DNA of 64,000 nt from Candidatus Parcubacteria bacterium (GTDB lineage: Bacteria; Patescibacteriota; Patescibacteriia; Patescibacteriales; UBA12075). The translations under genes and the position numbers were made by a program. Below are positions 19,457 to 27,892 of the stretch, in pieces. The stretch spans positions 1,131,263 to 1,195,262 of the forward strand of contig CAWFCE010000002.1 of assembly GCA_963814275.1 (NCBI GenBank), in the 5' to 3' direction. The notes beneath the pieces were generated by a model that saw only the letters and a program-made list of their open reading frames with translations, searched no databases and was not told the DNA's origin. Positions within the stretch are counted from its first letter, which is position 1. Each line of letters starts with the position of its first letter.

Positions 19457-19807
19457 TTAAATTAATTCCAATTGGACAATTTCCGCTCCATCGCCGGCGC
19501 GGTTACCCAGTTTTATTATGCGGGTGTATCCGCCGGACCGGCCTTCGTAGCGTTTGCCCAATATATCCATTGCCTTATGGACTGCCTTCGGCTGGGGAAG
19601 AATCGTAATCAGCCGGCGGCGTGCGGCCAAATCACCTTTTTTGGCTAAAGTAATCGCGGATTCCACCAAGGGCCGTACTACATGGGCTTTAGTCGCCGTT
19701 GTTTTAACTTTTTCGTATATCAAAACGCTGGCGGCAAGATTCCTGAGCATCATTTCCCGCGGTTCTTTTTTTCTATCTAGTTTTTTTATAGTATTACGAT
19801 GACGCAT
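19457..19807 (-). CDS. rplQ: 50S ribosomal protein L17
   Basis: MRHRNTIKKLDRKKEPREMMLRNLA and GGYTRIIKLGNRAGD. Confidence 0.96.
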   Translation of the reverse strand: MRHRNTIKKLDRKKEPREMMLRNLAASVLIYEKVKTTATKAHVVRPLVESAITLAKKGDLAARRRLITILPQPKAVHKAMDILGKRYEGRSGGYTRIIKLGNRAGDGAEIVQLELI

Positions 19808-19888
19808 AAAATATATGATTTGAAATTCGTATAAATATTGTGCTTAGCTGCTGCTAATGGTTTTTAGCTATATCTCAATCGTATAATC

Positions 19889-20758
19889 CTATTCTTTTTT
19901 CTTGGGACGTCCCCTTTTCTTCTTTGCTTCCGGTTCATTCGCTTCTCCTTCGTCAATTTTTACTTCGCTTTTTTCCGGTTCTTCCGCTTTTTCCGCTTTT
20001 TCCTCGCTCACCGCCCCTTTGTCAATATCTTCTTCGCCTTCCGGAACGGTTGTTTCACTCAGGGCGGAAAACTGTTTAATCAATATATCGACGCTGCTGC
20101 GGAAAGCTTCTTCCGGGGTAATGGTTCCGTCAGTAACGATATCGATCACTAAACGGTCCCAATTGGTCATCTTGCCGACACGAACGTTTTCTATGTCTAC
20201 GCCAATTTTTACTATCGGCGAAAAAATCGAATCCATCTCGATATAGCCTATTTCCTTATCTGTCTTGCGCTGCAGGCCGGTACCTTGTTCGCGGCTTTCG
20301 ATCGTTTCGTATCCCATTCCCCGGCTGACAAATAGTTCCATACTGATACTGCCCGATATATCGGTGATCGTACAAATATCGAGGTCCGTATTGATTATTT
20401 CCACGTCAGAATTTTTTGTAAAATCAGCAGCCGTTACGTTCTTTTTACCATGGACATTCAAGTCCAGTTTTACCACCTCGTCGCTAAACACACGTAATCT
20501 AAGATTCTTCAATTTCAGGATAATTTCCAAAATATCTTCCTTTACATGCGGCAAAGCCATGAATTCATGGTCAACTCCTTTGATTTTCACGCCAATCGGA
20601 GCTGCGCCCGGCAGAGATGACAAAAGCACTCTCCTGATCGAATTACCAAGGGTAATCCCATATCCAGGATGCAGCGGTTCAACTATCACTTTCGCGTTTT
20701 GCGGGCCATCGCCTGGTTGGAATTCGATTTTTTTAGGTAAGGCAATTGATAATCCCAT
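19889..20758 (-). CDS. rpoA: DNA-directed RNA polymerase alpha subunit lacking alpha-CTD, with acidic tail and terminal AT-hook
   Basis: N-terminal domain GYGITLGNSIRRVLLSSLPGAA. The C-terminus is low complexity and ends KKKRGRPKKKE. Confidence 0.93.
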   Translation of the reverse strand: MGLSIALPKKIEFQPGDGPQNAKVIVEPLHPGYGITLGNSIRRVLLSSLPGAAPIGVKIKGVDHEFMALPHVKEDILEIILKLKNLRLRVFSDEVVKLDLNVHGKKNVTAADFTKNSDVEIINTDLDICTITDISGSISMELFVSRGMGYETIESREQGTGLQRKTDKEIGYIEMDSIFSPIVKIGVDIENVRVGKMTNWDRLVIDIVTDGTITPEEAFRSSVDILIKQFSALSETTVPEGEEDIDKGAVSEEKAEKAEEPEKSEVKIDEGEANEPEAKKKRGRPKKKE

Positions 20759-20824
20759 AGAGCTGGAAACGATCTTTGCCGGCAGCTGAGCCGCCGTTTG
20801 GATTCGTTTATTCGTATTAATAAT

Positions 20825-21454
20825 TTATCTAGAATAAAACTCAATGATCATCTGCGGGTTGAAATTCACGGTAATCGCTTCTTTTGCCGGCAAACCGAGG
20901 ACTTTGGCGGTCATTGCCTGATTATCGAAATGCAGCCAGCCGGGAACTTCCTGTTTTTTCAGCTTTTCAGTAATATTTTTGAAATAATTAGAATCTTTTT
21001 TATTGGCTTTGATCCCGATAATATCGCCGATCTTTACCTGGTACGATGGAATCGAAGACTTTTTGCCGTTCACCGTAAAATGGCCGTGGTTGACCAGTTG
21101 CCTGGCCTGGGTGCGTGAGCTGGCTATTCCCAGGCGGTAGACCGTATTATCAAGCCTGGTTTCGAGCAATTTGAGGAAATTATCGCCAGTATTGCCAGTC
21201 TGTCTCCGGGCCTTTTCGAAAATCAAGCGGAATTGCTTTTCCAGAAGTTGATACTGGCGCCGGGCTTTTTGCTTCTCCATTAATTGCTGTCCGTAATCGG
21301 TCATTCTCTGCCGATTCTTGCTGCCATGTGTTCCGGGCGGGTAATTCCGTTTTACGATCGCGCATTTAGGAGCCAGGCAACGTTCGCCTTTCAGAAACAA
21401 ACGTTCACCCGAACGCCGGCACTGTTTACATTTTGGATTAAGGTTTCTTCCCAT
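20825..21454 (-). CDS. rpsD: 30S ribosomal protein S4
   Basis: CKQCRRSGERLFLKGERC zinc-ribbon-like N-terminus and an S4 domain RLDNTVYRLGIASSRTQARQLVNHGH. Confidence 0.96.
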   Translation of the reverse strand: MGRNLNPKCKQCRRSGERLFLKGERCLAPKCAIVKRNYPPGTHGSKNRQRMTDYGQQLMEKQKARRQYQLLEKQFRLIFEKARRQTGNTGDNFLKLLETRLDNTVYRLGIASSRTQARQLVNHGHFTVNGKKSSIPSYQVKIGDIIGIKANKKDSNYFKNITEKLKKQEVPGWLHFDNQAMTAKVLGLPAKEAITVNFNPQMIIEFYSR

Positions 21455-21477
21455 ATTTATAGAAATCCGATATTTAT

Positions 21478-22140
21478 TTAGACCCGCCGCGGTTTAGGCG
21501 GACGGCAGCCGTTATGCGGAATCGGCGTCATATCTTTTATCGAGGTAATTATCAAACCGTTGTTATTCAGCGCGCGCACGGCCGATTCACGGCCGGTGCC
21601 GACGCCTTTCACGAATACGCTTACTTCAGACAAACCGTAATCCTCACGCGCCTTACCGACAGCGATACGGGTAATGATCTGAGCCGCATATGGCGTTGAT
21701 TTTTTCGGCCCCTTGAATCCGGCTACTCCGGCGCTGGCCCATGACAATACATTGCCCTGGATATCGGTCAGGGTTACCATTGTATTATTGTAAGTGGCTT
21801 TGATATACGCCTTGCCGACTGTTACCCGGCGGGCGGTTTTTTTCTTCTTTCTTACCACTTTCTTTTTACTTTGTAACTTTTTGCTTTCCGCCTTTTTCTT
21901 TTCCATTTTCTTAACAATCTCTTCCGGCAACTCCTCAAGCCCCTTGATTCCTTTTTCTTCCTTCTCGCCAGCCGCCGCCTGTTCCGGCTTATCTGCGGTC
22001 TTGGAGGCGGATTTTTCCGTCGTCAAGCCCTCTTCGCCATCGGCAAGAGCTTCCTCCTTCTTGATTTCTTTTTTGTCCTTGCTATCCGTCATAATATATT
22101 TAATGTTAACTTTCGGCTTACTGATCAAATTGGACGTCAT
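21478..22140 (-). CDS. rpsK: 30S ribosomal protein S11 with ~90-aa K/E-rich N-terminal extension
   Basis: Core [18 protein letters not shown]...[10 protein letters not shown]. The ATG at 22140 lies 41 nt after the rpsM stop. Alternative ATGs at 22092 and 21906. Confidence 0.9.
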   Translation of the reverse strand: MTSNLISKPKVNIKYIMTDSKDKKEIKKEEALADGEEGLTTEKSASKTADKPEQAAAGEKEEKGIKGLEELPEEIVKKMEKKKAESKKLQSKKKVVRKKKKTARRVTVGKAYIKATYNNTMVTLTDIQGNVLSWASAGVAGFKGPKKSTPYAAQIITRIAVGKAREDYGLSEVSVFVKGVGTGRESAVRALNNNGLIITSIKDMTPIPHNGCRPPKPRRV

Positions 22141-22181
22141 GTTCCTGTCCTATTTTTGTTCCTAAGCCCGTTGGTATTAAC

Positions 22182-22574
22182 TTAAGTCTTTTGCGCGCTC
22201 GGACGGCGCCCGGAGCCCATGGTCCGGCGGGTATTGCCGCGAACCGTGCGGCTATTGGTTTTGGTTCTCTGCCCCCTGGACGGCAAACCTTTTTGATGCC
22301 GGTACCCGCGGTAGCTATTTATCTCTTTCAATCTTTTTATGTTACCCATCACTTCGCGCTTCAGGTCGCCTTCAACTTTCAATTTCTTCTCAATTACCGT
22401 ACGCAATTTATTGATATCATCTTCTTTGAGGTCCTTTACTCTCTGGCCGGGCTCGACTTGGGCTGACACCAAAATCTCACCGGCTACCGTCCGGCCAATT
22501 CCGTAAATATATGTCAAAGCGATCTCTACGCGCTTTTCGTTGGGTATTGTTACTCCTGCGATCCTTACCGCCAT
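22182..22574 (-). CDS. rpsM: 30S ribosomal protein S13
   Basis: [27 protein letters not shown] and [20 protein letters not shown]. Confidence 0.96.
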   Translation of the reverse strand: MAVRIAGVTIPNEKRVEIALTYIYGIGRTVAGEILVSAQVEPGQRVKDLKEDDINKLRTVIEKKLKVEGDLKREVMGNIKRLKEINSYRGYRHQKGLPSRGQRTKTNSRTVRGNTRRTMGSGRRPSAQKT

Positions 22575-22585
22575 ATTTCAAGTGT

Positions 22586-22722
22586 CGAATTACGAATGTC
22601 GAATTATTAATCCGGCATATCGCCATTCATTTATCAAAATAATCTATTTATTAATACTAACTGTATTTTACGAATTTCGAATCACGGATAATTTAGATTT
22701 ATTCGTCATTCGACATTCGTAA
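22586..22722. repeat. Repeat family C (CGAATNN heptads): 15-bp inverted repeat pair in the rpsM-rpmJ spacer
   Basis: TTACGAATGTCGAAT (22590-22604) and its exact reverse complement (22708-22722). The 19-mer 22586-22604 is identical to 28337-28355. Confidence 0.8.
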
Positions 22723-22727
22723 ATTGT

Positions 22728-22841
22728 TCAGCCTTGCCGCTGCTTGTGTTTGGGATTTTTGCAGATGACAACCACCCGTCCTTTGCGGCGGATGGTCTTG
22801 CAGTCTTTGCAGATTTTCTTAACAGACGCTCTTACCTTCAT
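22728..22841 (-). CDS. rpmJ: 50S ribosomal protein L36 (37 aa)
   Basis: Not in the ORF track. [37 protein letters not shown]. Confidence 0.95.
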   Translation of the reverse strand: MKVRASVKKICKDCKTIRRKGRVVVICKNPKHKQRQG

Positions 22842-22964
22842 GGTTATATTTTATCCGGTCTCTGGCCCCTGGTCCTGATTAGCGGACCGCCATTACCGAA
22901 AATTTTTCAATATTAAATCTTTCCTAAAAACTTGTTATTACGGACAGCTTTACCGAATTGGTTC

Positions 22965-23207
22965 TTACATTCTATAGGTGATTCTTCCTTTGGTCAGATC
23001 ATACGGGCTCAGCTGTACCCTAACCCGATCGCCCGGCAGGAGCCGGATCCTGTTCATCCTCATTTTGCCGGATAGATGAGCCAATATTTCGTGGCCGTTT
23101 TCCAGCAATACCTTAAAAGTGGTGGCAGGCATCAGTTCGACCACCTCGCCTTTCATTTCGATAAATTCTTTGGAATCGATTGGCTTGTTATCTTCTTTGC
23201 CGCTCAT
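22965..23207 (-). CDS. infA: Translation initiation factor IF-1
   Basis: S1-like [64 protein letters not shown]. Confidence 0.95.
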   Translation of the reverse strand: MSGKEDNKPIDSKEFIEMKGEVVELMPATTFKVLLENGHEILAHLSGKMRMNRIRLLPGDRVRVQLSPYDLTKGRITYRM

Positions 23208-23327
23208 TATTTATACAGTTATTAAAATGCTAAATAAGCACAAAAAATTTGGCAAAATTTAAAAATTTTACCAAAAACGGTAAAACTAGTTAAAATCAAA
23301 TTTTGCTGATTTTATATTCGTAAAATA

Positions 23328-23356
23328 ATTATATATTTTAAATACAATATTGTCAA
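23328..23356 (-). promoter_or_regulatory. Consensus sigma-70 promoter of the infA-rpmJ-rpsM... operon
   Basis: On the minus strand, TTGACA (23356-23351), 17 nt, TATAAT (23333-23328). About 115 nt upstream of infA. Confidence 0.75.
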
Positions 23357-23422
23357 GGGTTCAAATATAACGGATTATTTAGCTTAAAAAAGCGAGTATA
23401 TACAATAATAATACTGCTAATA

Positions 23423-25306
23423 TTAAAATAAAATAGCCTTAATCCTTCTTACGCCAGCACTTGAAGACTGCTCTTTGCTTATTTTGAACTCCCCTAATAA
23501 TCCGGTGTGTTCAACATGGGGACCGCCGCATATTTCACAGGAAAACAAATTTTCTCCCTCTCCTACTGTATATACTTTGACTTTTTCCCCATATTTAGAC
23601 TCAAATACCCCCTCGGCACCGTAATTTCTGGCTTCCTCCAAAGTCATTTCTTTAAAACTCACAGGCAAATCGTCACGGATAGCCTTGTTTACGATATCTT
23701 CCACTTGTTTTTTTTGCTCTTCGGTCAATTTATCCGGATGGGAGAAATCAAACCGCAAACGTTCGGCAGTTATATTACTACCTTTCTGATGGACATGCCC
23801 GCCCAATACTTTCCTTAACGCTGCCAGCATCAAGTGCGCCGCGGTATGCAATCTGGTGGTGTCTTCGCTCTGGTCGGCCAACCCGCCCTTGAATTTACCC
23901 TGGGCTGCTGTCCTCGACAGCTCCTGATGCTTCTCCATTTCTTTCCTGAATCCATCTTCATCGACCGCCATTCCTTTTTCGGCCGCCATTTCAATAGTCA
24001 TCTCTATGGGGAAACCATAGGTCTGGAACAGATTGAAAGCATCCTTACCGGAAATGGCTTTTACGCCGTCATTCGAAATTCGATATTCGACATTCGAAAA
24101 TTGCTTCTCCCCTTTTTCGAGCGTCCTGGCAAATTTGACTTCTTCCTCATCCAGATTCTTCAGGATAAACTCCTGGTTGCGGCCGAGTTCCGGATATATT
24201 TCCCCGTAGTCATCAATGATTATTGCCGCGATCTTTTTGGTCCATGATTCTTTATTAATCCCCAATTGCCGCCCGAAGCGCACCGCCCTTCTGATGAGCC
24301 GGCGTACGATATAGCCCTGGTCGACATTTGACGGCACAATACCCTTGTCGTCGCCCATTAGAAAAGTCGCTCCTTTAAGATGGTCGGCAATCACTTCGAA
24401 TGCCTTCATATCATCGCGGTATTTCTTGCCGCTCAGTTCGCTTGTCTTATCAAGGATATTTGAGAACAAATCGGTTTCGAAGACGTTATCCTTGCCCTGA
24501 ACGACCATGGTCATGCGTTCCAGTCCACCGCCGAAATCGACGTTTTTCTGCTTAAGCGGCACGAAGCCTTTTTCCGTCCTCATAAATTCGATAAACACGC
24601 TGTTCCCGACTTCGATGAAACGGCCGCAATCGCAATTGACATGGCAAGGTTCGTCTTTCCAGGTCGAGTTCTCATGCCGTTCCAGATTCGCACCCAAATC
24701 ATAGAACACTTCACTATCCGGCCCGCCGATCTCACCGACGGGCATATTGGCCGGCTCACCGGACCGTGACCACCAATTCTTGCTGTCAGGATAATAGAAT
24801 ATCCGCCCATCCCGCATACCATCCCGTTCGGCAAAATCGACAGCTTGCGCGGCGATATTGGCTTTTTTGAATATTTTTTTCCAAATATCAACCGACACTG
24901 TGTCCCGCTCGACACCTATCGTGTCATTGCCGCGATAGACAGAAACATAAAGCCGGTCCGGGTCCAGCCCCAACTCTTCGGTCAAAAATTCCCAAAACCA
25001 ATTAAGCTGCTCTTCCTTGAAATAGTCGCCCAATGACCAATTGCCGAGCATCTCGAACATCGTATTGTGGCGGTTATCCCCGACTTCTTCGATATCACCG
25101 GCGCGGAAGGATTTCTGGCTATCCGCCAGACGCGTGCCGGCCGGGTGTCTTTCCCCCAGCAAATACGGCACCAGCGGCTGCATACCGGAGCTGGTAAAAA
25201 GCGTCGAAGGATCGTTTTCCGGCATCAAAGACGCGCTCTTGATGATCACATGACCTTTGGACTGGAAAAAATCCAGATATTTTTGACGGACTTCCTTGGA
25301 GTTCAT
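23423..25306 (-). CDS. alaS: Alanine--tRNA ligase, catalytic + editing domains only (no C-Ala domain)
   Basis: MNSKEVRQKYLDFFQSKGH start (track start 25378 is an upstream GTG). Editing-domain HTAAHLM and CGGPHV motifs. Ends at GVRRIKAILF. Confidence 0.93.
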   Translation of the reverse strand: MNSKEVRQKYLDFFQSKGHVIIKSASLMPENDPSTLFTSSGMQPLVPYLLGERHPAGTRLADSQKSFRAGDIEEVGDNRHNTMFEMLGNWSLGDYFKEEQLNWFWEFLTEELGLDPDRLYVSVYRGNDTIGVERDTVSVDIWKKIFKKANIAAQAVDFAERDGMRDGRIFYYPDSKNWWSRSGEPANMPVGEIGGPDSEVFYDLGANLERHENSTWKDEPCHVNCDCGRFIEVGNSVFIEFMRTEKGFVPLKQKNVDFGGGLERMTMVVQGKDNVFETDLFSNILDKTSELSGKKYRDDMKAFEVIADHLKGATFLMGDDKGIVPSNVDQGYIVRRLIRRAVRFGRQLGINKESWTKKIAAIIIDDYGEIYPELGRNQEFILKNLDEEEVKFARTLEKGEKQFSNVEYRISNDGVKAISGKDAFNLFQTYGFPIEMTIEMAAEKGMAVDEDGFRKEMEKHQELSRTAAQGKFKGGLADQSEDTTRLHTAAHLMLAALRKVLGGHVHQKGSNITAERLRFDFSHPDKLTEEQKKQVEDIVNKAIRDDLPVSFKEMTLEEARNYGAEGVFESKYGEKVKVYTVGEGENLFSCEICGGPHVEHTGLLGEFKISKEQSSSAGVRRIKAILF

Positions 25307-25458
25307 ATCAATGATTTTTAATAAATATTTATTGCCAATGTTACTATTATAATTAGAGTATCCGGACTTGTCAAACACTTTACAAAATATTAAATATTGT
25401 TTATAATATATAATCTTAATTTAAATAGACAAACACTAAAATAAATGGAGGACAGATA

Positions 25459-25992
25459 ATGCTCTGGAAAAATATACCGAATATATTATCGGGTATACGT
25501 GTGCTCTTTTCACCGTTAATTATTTTACTGGCGTATTGTAATAATTGGCTGGGTGCATTTGTCCTGGCCGCGTCTTTGTTACTAAGCGATTGGCTTGACG
25601 GTTTTCTGGCCGGCAAATTAAAGGCATTCAGCCGTACAGGAAAGATTATTGATCCGCTGGGTGACACTTCTCTTGCTGCCTGCTCGCTTTGGGGCTTGGT
25701 TATTACCGGACATATTTCCTTGAAGTCGTTTTGGTTGATGGTAGTAATATTCATTCTGGTCAACGCCGGCTTGTTAGTGTCGCGAAAAGATAATAAATAC
25801 CATCTGCTATGCAGTAGTTTGTCGCCGCATTATTATCTCTGGACTATGTTTATTCTGGTTGCTTATTATGCCCATAGAGCCCTGGGAACTGGTGCGTTTT
25901 ATCTGTTATTGCCGGCCGCTATTTTACTGGCAATTGCCGCATTTACCAACCGCCATCGGCTAAAAGGTCTTTTTAACGGACATTGGCATTGA
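25459..25992 (+). CDS. CDP-alcohol phosphatidyltransferase family protein
   Basis: DWLDGFLAGKLKAFSRTGKIIDPLGD (DxxDGxxA...G...D...D). Multi-TM. GGAGG SD 7 nt upstream. Confidence 0.82.
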   Translation: MLWKNIPNILSGIRVLFSPLIILLAYCNNWLGAFVLAASLLLSDWLDGFLAGKLKAFSRTGKIIDPLGDTSLAACSLWGLVITGHISLKSFWLMVVIFILVNAGLLVSRKDNKYHLLCSSLSPHYYLWTMFILVAYYAHRALGTGAFYLLLPAAILLAIAAFTNRHRLKGLFNGHWH

Positions 25993-26007
25993 ACACTGCC
26001 CACAATC

Positions 26008-26042
26008 ACGCCTTATTCTCAGTTTGGGAATAAGGCGTTTTT
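26008..26042 (+). terminator. Rho-independent terminator
   Basis: 11-bp stem ACGCCTTATTC / GAATAAGGCGT, 9-nt loop, T5. Confidence 0.8.
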
Positions 26043-26048
26043 CATTAC

Positions 26049-26086
26049 AAAAAAATACGGATTCGCCTGCCAGGAAAACCCGTATT
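26049..26086 (-). terminator. Terminator-like hairpin after 26111..26449
   Basis: AATACGG / CCGTATT stem followed by a T7 tract on the minus strand. Loop is large (19 nt). Confidence 0.5.
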
Positions 26087-26110
26087 GTTATATCGTGAGA
26101 CATGCTGATT

Positions 26111-26449
26111 TTAAATCTTTAAAAGTTTTCTTTCTTCGGCGGACAATTTATTAAGGGCGCTGTTCCTTATTTCCAGGGCCGCTTTTTCAGCATCGAGGAG
26201 CGTGACTGATTTGCCGAGCAGGAACCCGATTTTCCCATCGGTCAAAATAAAGGCTTTTTCGGTTTTGTGCCAATTGGCATCGGTTTGATTTTGGGCGAAC
26301 GCCTTTGCGATATTATCATCCTTAAAGAAACCGATGGAAGAACTTTTGAACCCTTCATCATTTGTCCGGAAAACTTCGGTATATTCCTGGATACTGAATC
26401 CTTTCAGATCCCGGCCGATCAAATCCTCAAATTTCGTCTCTTGTTCCAT
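26111..26449 (-). CDS. Hypothetical protein (112 aa), SD-led monocistron
   Basis: GGAGGTG SD 7 nt upstream, own promoter-like TTGCTA-17-TATAGT and own terminator. No family recognised. Confidence 0.7.
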   Translation of the reverse strand: MEQETKFEDLIGRDLKGFSIQEYTEVFRTNDEGFKSSSIGFFKDDNIAKAFAQNQTDANWHKTEKAFILTDGKIGFLLGKSVTLLDAEKAALEIRNSALNKLSAEERKLLKI

Positions 26450-26540
26450 TATTACACCTCCTTCCAGGTTGTTTGGGAGCGTTATTTGTTTGATGCTAGT
26501 ACTATATATAAAAAATCAGTAATTAGCAATACGGCATTTA

Positions 26541-26577
26541 AAAAAAGCAAAGGGTTGCATCTTTGGATGCAACCCTT
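26541..26577 (-). terminator. Rho-independent terminator after 26588..27079
   Basis: 12-bp stem AAGGGTTGCATC / GATGCAACCCTT, 4-nt loop, T6 on the minus strand. Confidence 0.8.
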
Positions 26578-26587
26578 ATATCTCTAA

Positions 26588-27079
26588 TCATACCGGAATT
26601 ATTACAATAAATTTTTTGCCCCAATTCCGCAGCAAACCATCTTTTAATGAGCTGATAAGCAAATCTTTAGCCTCTACTGCGGTTTTCAAAGTTACCAGCC
26701 ATTTTTCAACGTTATCCAGGATTTCCACCTCAATCTCGGCGACTTTTCCGAGTTCGGATCCTGCCAATGTCCTAAGCAGGCTCAAAAAGCTTTCTATATC
26801 CAATTGAGACATCGCAACGATCCTGTACTCCCCAATCTTCGGGATAAGCATCATATCTTCGAGGACATTAAGTGATATAAGGTCGGAATCGCTATTGCCT
26901 TTTATACCCTTTATCAATATTCGCCTTCCCGCTCTAAGGTCTTCGGGACGGATGCGGCGGCCGATCAGCCATGGCAAATCCGACTGCAATGAGATCTTGG
27001 AGTTACAAAAGGACAGGCTTACGTAATTTTCTTTTACTACGGCTTCCTTGATGGTCAACTCCCGGTAATAATCCGGCAT
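26588..27079 (-). CDS. Hypothetical protein (163 aa), SD-led monocistron
   Basis: AAGGAG SD, TTGACA-17-TATTTT promoter-like sequence upstream, own terminator. No family recognised. Confidence 0.7.
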   Translation of the reverse strand: MPDYYRELTIKEAVVKENYVSLSFCNSKISLQSDLPWLIGRRIRPEDLRAGRRILIKGIKGNSDSDLISLNVLEDMMLIPKIGEYRIVAMSQLDIESFLSLLRTLAGSELGKVAEIEVEILDNVEKWLVTLKTAVEAKDLLISSLKDGLLRNWGKKFIVIIPV

Positions 27080-27193
27080 AGTATGCTCCTTTCGTTAAAA
27101 TGGTCGCTTTATTTTTGGTTTAATTTCAAGGGGATTAAATAAAATAACATGCCTCAGCTGCATTGTCAATGGATAAATGGAATATTAATAAAT

Positions 27194-27228
27194 AAAAATC
27201 GCTCACTTTTAAGTAGAAAGTGAGCGAT
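27194..27228 (-). terminator. Rho-independent terminator after 27254..27649
   Basis: 12-bp stem ATCGCTCACTTT / AAAGTGAGCGAT, 7-nt loop, T5 on the minus strand. Confidence 0.8.
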
Positions 27229-27253
27229 GATTATAAACAACCAAAACCTGCCA

Positions 27254-27649
27254 TCACAATATCAGGTCGAAATCAAAAGAACCTTCAATGCTCAGTCCGG
27301 AAGCCCGAATCAGAAGTTTTCTTTGGGAGTTTTTTGACCAGGGAATATCAATAACTATCCGTAAAGTATTGAATTTGGCAAGTGCAGCTTGTACAGCCTG
27401 TAGGAATCTTTTTTGGCTGGGGGTCGGCAGATTGGCAAAGCGACAAAACAGTTCCCGGTTATCAAAGAATATATCCCCCCTTCCGTCCGCTCCAGGAATA
27501 CGGAATTTCGGTCTGACCTCTGATTCTCCGCGAAAAACCAATTCTGCGCCCAACATTGTTTCGCTATTGCTGGCTTGCCTTGACCAAAACTCATTCCAAA
27601 ACTCTTTGAAGCTGCACTCCAAATATGGCTCACTACTTACTATCTGCAT
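27254..27649 (-). CDS. Hypothetical protein (131 aa), SD-led monocistron
   Basis: AGGAGG SD 5 nt upstream, structured leader, own terminator. No family recognised. Confidence 0.7.
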   Translation of the reverse strand: MQIVSSEPYLECSFKEFWNEFWSRQASNSETMLGAELVFRGESEVRPKFRIPGADGRGDIFFDNRELFCRFANLPTPSQKRFLQAVQAALAKFNTLRIVIDIPWSKNSQRKLLIRASGLSIEGSFDFDLIL

Positions 27650-27667
27650 TTTAACCTCCTTTTTTCT

Positions 27668-27720
27668 ATCGAATCATTGCGCATGGATGCGTTGCGCACA
27701 TTCGATGTATTTTCGCATCC
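27668..27720 (-). promoter_or_regulatory. Structured 5' leader with two mutually exclusive hairpins
   Basis: ATCGAAT/ATTCGAT plus TGCGCA/TGCGCA nested stem (27668-27706). Its loop CGCAUCC can instead pair with GGAUGCG (27714-27720). Confidence 0.45.
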
Positions 27721-27892
27721 AGCGGAATCTTAACAATAAAAACCAATGTTTGTCAATTCAACAAAAATTAAAAAAACCGCCAAAAGCGGCGATTTTTAAA
27801 TGGCAGTATAGCCTGGCATTCATAAGCTCTGCGTAATCTTCCTGGCTTTGTCCCATAAGACGGATGCTCCTTATCGATTTTACTCGCGCGAT

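Noticed and set aside
25307-25378. Upstream-extended starts given by the track for alaS (GTG 25378), murG (TTG 51474) and ftsX (TTG 29417)
   Set aside because: The extensions add non-conserved residues ahead of canonical N-termini: MNSKEVRQKYLDFF, MEKINNHKILFTGGGTAGS and MFLSIIRVFKF. The internal ATGs were preferred.
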